From positions 10,245 to 74,244 of the forward strand of contig JAHEKC010000001.1 of NCBI GenBank assembly GCA_024638565.1: a stretch of 64,000 bases of DNA. The letters run 5' to 3'. Positions 30,911 to 38,690 of this stretch are shown one piece after another. Both the position numbers and the translations under genes were made by a program. Position 1 is the first letter of the stretch; each line of letters starts with the position of its first letter. The DNA is from Bacteroidota bacterium. GTDB lineage: Bacteria; Bacteroidota; Bacteroidia; AKYH767-A; OLB10. Under the pieces are notes generated by a model. It did not search any database. It saw nothing but the letters and a program-made list of their open reading frames with translations, and was not told the DNA's origin.

Positions 30911-32161
30911 TTAAAGCTTTCGGGAAGGCTTTTTATCCAACTCCCGGTACCAGGTTAAGTATTCTTTTGCCTTCCAGTTGACATTGACAGGCCAGCAGGC
31001 GATTTGACTGAACTTGCTTACCGCGTCAAGTACCGGAATTTCTGAAAATGTGGAGCGGGTATGATGAACGTACTTCAGCACCATGAACCCGTCGAACCAG
31101 CCGAAGAAGCGTTTCACGAAAGCCTTTTCCGAGGCGCTGTGCTCCCTGATCTCTCGTAATTTGTTTTCAAAGTCCTGCGTGGCCAGGAATGCCGTAACAG
31201 GGGCGGGCCAGTGCATGCCATCGCCTGAGGGGCTGTATAAACCCGGAACCGCGTCAAAAAGCAACTTCAGGTTGGAAAAGGTCCGCGGATCGTAGGTTGT
31301 GTAATCGCGCTCACCGGAATCAAGAAAGTTTTGAATGGCCCTGCCCGTGCCGAAGGGTACGCGGTGTGATGGTCGTGGAGATGGAATCACGCGTGTGGTA
31401 TTGAGCTCGTGGAAATTTCCAAGAAGGAATATCTTATGCAGAAAATAAAAATCCTCGCCCGCCTGCCTGCGGTTCATGCCACCCTGTTTGCAGTAGGCAT
31501 TGCATCGTACTGCCATACTGGAACCCACGGTATGAAACGGGTACGGAAAACCGCAGTAGGCAAGGGCGTTCTTGTAGTACCGGAGGAAAAGTTCATATTC
31601 GACAATGCCACGGTACGCCCCCGCATCAAAGGTATCGCCCTCCAGGGGGTGTTCGAAATAGATGGAGCATCCGCTGGCTTTGGGGTGCGCGGTGAAAAGG
31701 CGTTCGATCTCCAGCAGGTAACCGGGGTCCACCGTGCAATCGGCGTCCAGGCAAATAATTGCTCCATCCTCCCCGGCGGCCATGAACCGCCGGGCCGCCT
31801 CGTCCATGCCGATCTTGCGTGCCAGTCCCACGCCCGCATGGCGGTCGTGCAGCCCTGAAGCGCGGATCATATGTAAGTTCAATCCGGGATGCCGTTCGCT
31901 CCAGGCCAATGCTTCCTGGTAAGTCCGATCGTTGCGCTGCTTTATTTCGCCATCGGCGGAAGCCCCTTCGTTCACAACCACCAGCACTTCCGCTGGCCGC
32001 GGGGGAGGCGTACAGGCACTCAGCGATTCCAGTGTAATGAGAAGGTTCTCCTCGTCGTAACAGGGAATGACGACAATGCTGTGAAGCCCGGGGGCAGGCG
32101 GGTCCGGGACCAGCGCGCCGTACAGGGCATGCTTTTCCAGGTATCGTGAAACGGATGTCAA
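30911..32161 (-). CDS. Glycosyltransferase family 2-like protein (tentative)
   Basis: The VVIPCYDEE N-terminal motif and a DAD motif (CLDADCTV) are GT-A fold hallmarks. The 416-aa product has a C-terminal extension. Confidence 0.55.
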   Translation of the reverse strand: MTSVSRYLEKHALYGALVPDPPAPGLHSIVVIPCYDEENLLITLESLSACTPPPRPAEVLVVVNEGASADGEIKQRNDRTYQEALAWSERHPGLNLHMIRASGLHDRHAGVGLARKIGMDEAARRFMAAGEDGAIICLDADCTVDPGYLLEIERLFTAHPKASGCSIYFEHPLEGDTFDAGAYRGIVEYELFLRYYKNALAYCGFPYPFHTVGSSMAVRCNAYCKQGGMNRRQAGEDFYFLHKIFLLGNFHELNTTRVIPSPRPSHRVPFGTGRAIQNFLDSGERDYTTYDPRTFSNLKLLFDAVPGLYSPSGDGMHWPAPVTAFLATQDFENKLREIREHSASEKAFVKRFFGWFDGFMVLKYVHHTRSTFSEIPVLDAVSKFSQIACWPVNVNWKAKEYLTWYRELDKKPSRKL

Positions 32162-32213
32162 CCTTGCGAAGATAATAAGGCGGTACGCCCCTGCTTCGTA
32201 TCTTCGCTATCCC

Positions 32214-32798
32214 GTGAAATTGTCGCTCGACCTCACTTATGAAACACCGCCTGCCTGGACCAAGGCGGTGCTGGCGGACTTCGATTCGTTCCTGCAGGAT
32301 CATGCCGACTGCGAACGGAAGGCGTCGGCCATGGCCATGAGCCTGGTGTATAAGTGCCCCGACAAGGTGGAAATCATTCCCATGCTCATTGAAACGGCCG
32401 TGGAGGAGATGGAGCACTTTCAGCAGGTATATGCGATTATGAACAGCCGCGGGGTCCGGCTGGCCAGCCATGCACGAAAGGATCCTTACGTGGATCCATT
32501 GCTGAAGCTCCTGCGAACACCATCGCAGCAAAGGCTCATGGACCGGTTCCTGCTGGGTTCCATTATCGAATGCAGGGGGACGGAACGCTTCCGGCTGGTG
32601 GAGGAAGGACTGGAGGATCCCGAGCTTAAACGCTTTTATAAAGTTCTGTGGGCCTCGGAAGCCAAACACGGGAATATTTTCGTGGAGATGGCGTTAACCT
32701 ATTACGACGAAAAGGAAGTGTACGACCGGCTTGCTGAGCTTACCGAGGCGGAGGGCAGGATCTGCGAATCATTACCGCACCGCGCTGCCCTTCATTGA
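32214..32798 (+). CDS. miaE: tRNA-(ms2io6A37)-hydroxylase MiaE-like ferritin-fold protein
   Basis: The ~194-aa product contains di-iron ligand motifs (E...EExEH, and later E...H) in a helical bundle characteristic of MiaE. Confidence 0.65.
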   Translation: MKLSLDLTYETPPAWTKAVLADFDSFLQDHADCERKASAMAMSLVYKCPDKVEIIPMLIETAVEEMEHFQQVYAIMNSRGVRLASHARKDPYVDPLLKLLRTPSQQRLMDRFLLGSIIECRGTERFRLVEEGLEDPELKRFYKVLWASEAKHGNIFVEMALTYYDEKEVYDRLAELTEAEGRICESLPHRAALH

Positions 32799-33092
32799 AG
32801 TCGCCGACGACAAGCCTTTTTATAGTTCAATTTGATATTCCACCGTCCGGGACGGCGGTTGTGGGCTGATGGCTGTGTGGCCATGAAGTTGCGGGCCCTT
32901 GCATAACGGCGTTTATTAGCAGGTTGCCGGCTTTATGCCTGGTGAAGCGCTGTCGAAGCGAAGCGCACAGGCGGGCCGCTGATCCCGGTGTACGTGGGGG
33001 CCGCTTGTAAATACAAATGGGCATTACCTTCATTTCAATACCACCTGCCTGGAATGTGGATTTTTACTATTTTATCTGCTTAGCGAAACCGT

Positions 33093-34055
33093 ATGGGCAT
33101 ATTACGACTGGAAGGCAAAGAGGCCTCCTACCTTTTCGACCCCTCGAACCCCGAAACGCTGCTGCGGGAGAACGGTAAGTTCGGGAATGTATACGCCGGC
33201 GCAAGAGAGTCAGACAAGACACCTGTGGTGATCAAGCATCTGAACCCCGAGCTGCTAAGTCACCCCATGTCACTGCTGCAGTTCCGGTTTGAGGCCGACA
33301 TGGTCCTGGATCACCCGGTGCTGAGAAATACGCTGGAATATGCGCACACCGGGAAAGACCATTTCCTGATCCAGGAGTATGTCAAGGGCTGGGAGCTGAA
33401 AGTCTTTCTCATGCAATACGAGAAATACCGCACCGTGTCTTTTGTGCTGCAGTGCATGCTCCGGATCCTGGATGCCCTTGAATACCTGCATGGGAAGGAT
33501 GTCGTGCATTGTGATATCAAGCCGTCGAATATCCTTGTGGAAGAGCCACCCAAGGGGGAGAAGGTGGACAGGCAGCATCCACCGGTCAGGCTCATCGACC
33601 TGGGAAATGCCAGGACGCCGCTTGCGCAGTTCATGACGACGGTAAGGCCGTTCTCATTTATCTACTCGCCGCCAGAACAGGTGTTGCATCATTATTCCCT
33701 GGTTTGCCCAGCCAGCGACCTTTCCGCACTCGCCATCACCACCTATGAACTGATCACGGGGAAGAATGCCTTCGGCACCTATCATCCCGAGAAACTCATG
33801 CATATGCAGGTGGCAGGCAACCTTTTGCCAAATCCCGACATCCCGGAACCGCTTTTCAGGATCCTGGCAAAGGCGTCGGCACGCATATCGTTACCAAGGC
33901 CACCCAACCAGATGAACCGTGAGGAGCATTTCAAGCTTGCGCAGGACGGGATTGCCATGCGCTACCAGTCGGCCGATGAACTCAAATCCGCGTTCCGGGA
34001 ATTCCTGGAAAGCCATCCGGCGAAAAAGGGGGTGTTCGCCAGGCTGTTCGGGTAG
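33093..34055 (+). CDS. Serine/threonine protein kinase (Hanks-type)
   Basis: The product has a Gly-rich loop region and a VIKHL lysine. The catalytic loop HCDIKPSNILV and a DLGNA (DFG-like) motif are present. Confidence 0.75.
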   Translation: MGILRLEGKEASYLFDPSNPETLLRENGKFGNVYAGARESDKTPVVIKHLNPELLSHPMSLLQFRFEADMVLDHPVLRNTLEYAHTGKDHFLIQEYVKGWELKVFLMQYEKYRTVSFVLQCMLRILDALEYLHGKDVVHCDIKPSNILVEEPPKGEKVDRQHPPVRLIDLGNARTPLAQFMTTVRPFSFIYSPPEQVLHHYSLVCPASDLSALAITTYELITGKNAFGTYHPEKLMHMQVAGNLLPNPDIPEPLFRILAKASARISLPRPPNQMNREEHFKLAQDGIAMRYQSADELKSAFREFLESHPAKKGVFARLFG

Positions 34056-34098
34056 CCGGTTCGAATATTTGTTAACTTTACGTTAAACACGAACGACC

Positions 34099-34668
34099 AT
34101 GACCATGACCGACGAAACCAGGAAAATCAAAGGCGACCTGGAAGCGCACATCAACAAGGGGATGGACCACCTGGAACAGGAACTTGCCAAGATCAGGGCC
34201 GGGAAAGCCAACCCGCATGTCCTGGACGGCGTGCATGTCGACTATTACGGCACCAACACCCCGCTGAACCAGGTGTCGAGCGTAAACACGCCTGATGCGA
34301 AGACCATTGTAATTCAGCCATGGGAAAAGAACATGCTGCAGCCGATTGAAAAGGCCATTCATGCCGCCAACCTGGGCTTTAACCCGCAGAATGACGGTAC
34401 GCTTATCCGTATTAACGTTCCGCCGTTGACGGAAGAACGCAGGAAGGATCTTGTCAAGCTCACCCGGACGGAAGGCGAACATGCCAAGGTGGGGATCCGA
34501 AACATGCGAAGGGATGCGATGGAGGCAATCAAGAAGCAACAGAAAAACGGTCTGTCGGAGGACCTGGCCAAGGACGCGGAAGCAGAAATCCAGGAGCTCG
34601 TAAATGCCAGCATCAAGAAGGTAGACCAGCACCTGGATGCGAAAGAGAAGGAAATAATGACGATTTAA
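34099..34668 (+). CDS. frr: Ribosome recycling factor
   Basis: The ~185-aa product carries the RAGKANPHVLDGVHVDYYG motif. Confidence 0.9.
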   Translation: MTMTDETRKIKGDLEAHINKGMDHLEQELAKIRAGKANPHVLDGVHVDYYGTNTPLNQVSSVNTPDAKTIVIQPWEKNMLQPIEKAIHAANLGFNPQNDGTLIRINVPPLTEERRKDLVKLTRTEGEHAKVGIRNMRRDAMEAIKKQQKNGLSEDLAKDAEAEIQELVNASIKKVDQHLDAKEKEIMTI

Positions 34669-34909
34669 TTCCGCTTTTGTCAGTTAGTGTCTGTGCTGAA
34701 GGGAATCAGGCAATTTTTATATACTGGCGGAATATTCCGGTTTGTGATTCCGGGCAACTGCCTGGACCAACTTGCGGCAGGGCAGGCTGTTGCAGTCCCT
34801 TCGACCCCGCCTGGTGACCGGCTGGCCGCTACCAGTTAGTATCGGTTGCCACTGCAAGTAGCTGAATCTAACACAAAGCAAACCTCGAAGTAATGAATGA
34901 AAGGGGAAG

Positions 34910-37900
34910 TTACTTCCGGATAACAATATACCCCGTCATCGGCTTGTTCCCATCGTCGAGATCCAGGACATAATAATAGGTGCCGCCAGTAAGCTGCTTA
35001 CCGGCATTGGATCCCACGTTGGATTCGCCGCGCCAGCGGTTGTCGTAACGAGCCGACTTGTACACCAGTGCCCCCCAGCGATTATATATCCAGATCTTGA
35101 GCCTGGGATAGTGTTCGATGCCCTCGATCACGAAAAAGTCATTGAATCCGTCGTTGTTGGGACTGAATCCCGAGGGAATATTTAGGTCGTCACAGAGCAC
35201 GGTAACCAGGACCTCACCCGTGGTGCGGCAGCCGTTTGCTGCCGTAATTTCCACCTGGTAGGCGGTGGTTTGTGCCGGATGCGCCACGGGGTTTGGTGAC
35301 AGGGGGTAGTCCAGCCCTTCTTCCGGCCACCACTGGTAGGTGATGCCACCGGAGGCTTCCAGCCTGGTGGTTTCACCGGGGCAGAGAATGACATTGGGGC
35401 TTACGGCATAGTCCTCAACGGTCATGACGGTTACCTCGATTTCATCCGAGGTGAAGTTCCCGCATACACTTTCTACGCTGACCCGGTAAGTTCCTTCCTG
35501 GGGCGCAAGGTATACCTTGTCCACGGAGCCGTTCAATAATTGTTCGTCGAAATGCCACTGGTACTTGCCATCCCATACGGAATCAGCCACCAGTTCAACA
35601 AGGTCGCCCAGGCAGACCTGTGTGGGTCCTGTCGCCCGGGCTGCGAAAGTGCTCGTATCATGAACGGTGAACCGGTGCATTGCCTTGCATTGATCCGCAT
35701 CAATGACGGTCAGCTCATACTCCCCCTCGAAAATGTTCGTCAGTTTTTTTGTATTGGCGCCGTTGCTCCACTGGTAATCAAACGGGGCCCGGCCACCTGT
35801 AATTTGCGTGGAGATGGTACCCCCATTGTTGAGCAGGCAATTGGCAGGCGCTGCAATTCCTGCCACCTGGATGCCGGATGCGGTCATCCTGACTTCGATA
35901 TTTTTTGTAGTCGCGCACCCTGCAGCATCCGTGGAAGTGATGGTATAGGTACCGGCCACAAGGCTGTCTACGTCCTGGGTCGTGGCCTGGTTGCTCCACA
36001 GGTAAGTGTATGGTGCCTCGCCGGCTTCCGGCGTGATGTTGATGGCGCCGTTGCCGCCGTCGCCGCAGTTCGTTTCATCGGTCACACTGACCCCTAGCCT
36101 GAATGGCATGGCCGGCTGGATGACGGAGATTGTAACGGAACCAGTGCACTGGCCGGCGTCAGTTACAGTGACGCGGTAAACACCGGCGATCAGGCCCCCG
36201 ATGTGCTGGGTGGTGGCGCCGTTGCTCCAGCTGTACTGGTATGGCAGCGTTCCATTGGATACTTCCAGGCCTATGGATCCGTTATTGCCGCCATAACAGC
36301 TTACATGGTTCTGGGTGGTGGCGGTCAGGCTGATCGGGGCCGTGGGCTGCTGTACGGTAATGCTTTCCGTAATGGCGCAGCCATTGGCATCGGTCACGGT
36401 CACGGTATAGGCTCCTGATTTGAGACCCTGCAGGTGAGGGGAAACCGAACCGCTGTTCCAGCTCCAGGCATATGGAGGGGTTCCCCCGTTTGCCGTCATC
36501 TGTACCGCCCCGTTGGTGCCGTCGTAGCAGGTCACATGCGTGAGGGCCGTAACGTGGGTCTCAAGCATGGCCACCGGCCCGGTTACCTGGTGGCTGACGG
36601 TGGAGGTGCAGCCTTGCTGGTCGGTAACGGTCAACAGGTAAGCTCCCGCAGGGATGCCCTGGATCACAGGTGCGGTGGATCCGTTGGACCATAGGTAGCT
36701 GTATGGAGTCGTACCCCCGGAGGTTTCCGTTTCTATAAAACCATCCTGCCCGCCATGGCATGCGATGGCACCGGACTTGCTCACGGTGGCAAGGAGGGCA
36801 TCAGGCTCGGTAATCGTGAAGGATGTCGAGGCGGTGCACCCGGCATCGTCGGTAACGATTACCGCATAGGTGCCCGCAGCCAGGCCGGCCGGTGCGCCCT
36901 GTGATGACTGGTTGTTGAGACTGTAAGCATACGGTGCCGTACCGCCGGAGGCATGCAGCAATGCGGAGCCGTCCTGTCCGCCCGCGCAGGAAATCTGCTG
37001 CAGGTGGGCCACGGAGGCATCCAGTGGCTGCAAAGGTTCCGTGACCTGGCCCGTGGCGCTGGCTGTGCAGCCGCTGGCATCGGTCAGCTGGACATTGTAT
37101 GTCCCCGCTGACAGATTTGATGCTGCAGAAGCTGTTGTGCCGTTACTCCAGGCCCATGCATAAGGGGCGATTCCACCATTGGCGGAAGCGGACAATTGAC
37201 CGTCGGCACCCCCGTGGCAGCTTACCGCCTTTGTCATGGATATGGACGTGACAAGCGCGGCAGGTGATCCAATCGTGGCATTCAGGACCAAAGAGTTTCC
37301 GCCGTGGTTTACATTTACCGTGTACGTGCCGGCGGCCAAGCCCGAAACACTGGCCGTGGTTTCACCGGTGCTCCAGAGGAACAAGCTGCCGCTTGCGGCA
37401 TTGACCACTTCGGCCGTTCCGTCCGCGGCGCCATGACAGGAAATGTCCTGCGCATGCACCCCCACGCTTTTTTGCCTGACATAGATCGCGTAGGCGTATA
37501 CCTGGACCCCGTTTACCGGGCAGGCATCATCACGGAGTGTTACATTGAATACATATGGTATATTTCGTACGTGTGAGGCGTCAGGGGTCCAGCAAAAATC
37601 AATTACAGGCCGGTGATTGCTGTTGGCGGTAAGTTGTGCCCCTGCAATGGGATTGATGAATTTGATATCAATGTTTTGCGCGGGATCGCCGTCCATTGTA
37701 TTGATCTGGAAGCACAGCTGTTCGCCGGGATGTGCCTCAGCGGTGAAATCGTTCGTGCCATTGATGCCGGTGGCCTTCGGCTGCATGTTGCTGCACGCGG
37801 AGGTGTATATCTGCATATCACGGATCACGCTGCCCGCCAGCTGGCCATTCCGGTATTCATTTACACGCAGGGTGAGGATTCCGATCTGTGTCTGCCCGGC

Positions 37901-38650
37901 GGTAAAGGTAATCTGCCCGGTGGTCGTATCCAGTTCGAGCGGGGCGGAGCCCTGGAAGGGCTGTGAAGGTGAGTGGGGCGGGAAGTAAGTCACATGTGTT
38001 TGCGCACCGGTTTTCGGAGCGATAAGTTCATAAACCAGCGAATCCCCATCCTGTTCAAGTACACCGGGGTTGTAGCAGAAAGGCTGACCTATGCACACGA
38101 ATGCCACCGGATCAATGCCGAAATAGGGGGAGTTGTTTTCCGGTGCCGCCACGTTATTGAGCGTGGCCTCCACGTAGAGGTTGGAGCCGGCCGCGCAGGG
38201 ATTCTGGATGGTCGTCACAGCGCAGTTCCTGCAGCACACCTGGTAACTGAATACCCAATCTGTGCATGAGGCCGGAAGGGAAATGACCGCCTGGTAGACG
38301 AATTTCTCTATCCCGGTCTGGAAACCGCCGTTGCATGACGAGGGAACGGAAGCGCAGGGGGTGGTAATTTCGTATCCCGTACCTGGAATGCGTGCGGCCA
38401 TGGCTATGAGGTTATACCCGCACGAAGATGAGCTGTACGACACCGGGATGGCCAAGGGTGCAGATATGCCGGCACAGTCCCTGTAGAAAGTGACTTCCAC
38501 AAGGTAGCTGCCACCCCCGAGCGACCGGTAGGTGAGGTCCGCGCCGGCCGAGTGCGTGGCATGTACTTGCCGGAGCGGTGCCAGTACCAGGATGAATGCC
38601 ATGCAAACAATGACAACAGCCTGTATAGGACGACAGACACCAGTTTTCAT
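34910..38650 (-). CDS. T9SS type-B C-terminal-domain protein with ~8 SprB repeats, Ig-like modules and a Cys-rich ~230-aa N-terminal domain (gliding-motility-associated CTD family)
   Basis: There is a signal peptide. The N-terminal domain reads HSAGADLTYRSLGG...FYRDCAG...CCRNC. The repeats have the form CxGGxDG...GGTxPYxYxWSNG...TDxxGC. The C-terminus is IPSGFSPNNDGFNDFFVIEGIEHYPRLKIWIYNRWG...YYYVLDLDDGNKPMTGYIVIRK. The start could be the ATG at 38686 or 38650. Confidence 0.8.
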   Translation of the reverse strand: MKTGVCRPIQAVVIVCMAFILVLAPLRQVHATHSAGADLTYRSLGGGSYLVEVTFYRDCAGISAPLAIPVSYSSSSCGYNLIAMAARIPGTGYEITTPCASVPSSCNGGFQTGIEKFVYQAVISLPASCTDWVFSYQVCCRNCAVTTIQNPCAAGSNLYVEATLNNVAAPENNSPYFGIDPVAFVCIGQPFCYNPGVLEQDGDSLVYELIAPKTGAQTHVTYFPPHSPSQPFQGSAPLELDTTTGQITFTAGQTQIGILTLRVNEYRNGQLAGSVIRDMQIYTSACSNMQPKATGINGTNDFTAEAHPGEQLCFQINTMDGDPAQNIDIKFINPIAGAQLTANSNHRPVIDFCWTPDASHVRNIPYVFNVTLRDDACPVNGVQVYAYAIYVRQKSVGVHAQDISCHGAADGTAEVVNAASGSLFLWSTGETTASVSGLAAGTYTVNVNHGGNSLVLNATIGSPAALVTSISMTKAVSCHGGADGQLSASANGGIAPYAWAWSNGTTASAASNLSAGTYNVQLTDASGCTASATGQVTEPLQPLDASVAHLQQISCAGGQDGSALLHASGGTAPYAYSLNNQSSQGAPAGLAAGTYAVIVTDDAGCTASTSFTITEPDALLATVSKSGAIACHGGQDGFIETETSGGTTPYSYLWSNGSTAPVIQGIPAGAYLLTVTDQQGCTSTVSHQVTGPVAMLETHVTALTHVTCYDGTNGAVQMTANGGTPPYAWSWNSGSVSPHLQGLKSGAYTVTVTDANGCAITESITVQQPTAPISLTATTQNHVSCYGGNNGSIGLEVSNGTLPYQYSWSNGATTQHIGGLIAGVYRVTVTDAGQCTGSVTISVIQPAMPFRLGVSVTDETNCGDGGNGAINITPEAGEAPYTYLWSNQATTQDVDSLVAGTYTITSTDAAGCATTKNIEVRMTASGIQVAGIAAPANCLLNNGGTISTQITGGRAPFDYQWSNGANTKKLTNIFEGEYELTVIDADQCKAMHRFTVHDTSTFAARATGPTQVCLGDLVELVADSVWDGKYQWHFDEQLLNGSVDKVYLAPQEGTYRVSVESVCGNFTSDEIEVTVMTVEDYAVSPNVILCPGETTRLEASGGITYQWWPEEGLDYPLSPNPVAHPAQTTAYQVEITAANGCRTTGEVLVTVLCDDLNIPSGFSPNNDGFNDFFVIEGIEHYPRLKIWIYNRWGALVYKSARYDNRWRGESNVGSNAGKQLTGGTYYYVLDLDDGNKPMTGYIVIRK

Positions 38651-38690
38651 GGCCAGTATCGGGTTTCGATATGTTTCGCTGAACATGTGC

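Noticed and set aside
34058-34066. GGTTCGAAT, a tRNA T-arm-like string
   Set aside because: It sits in a 43-bp gap between the kinase stop and the frr start. There is no room for a ~75-nt cloverleaf, and no acceptor or anticodon stems are present.
34728-34753. Perfect palindrome CGGAATATTCCG plus a direct ATTCCGG repeat
   Set aside because: It lies 3' of both convergent genes (frr and the adhesin), so it is not in a promoter. A zero-loop palindrome cannot be a terminator hairpin. I have no functional hypothesis for it.
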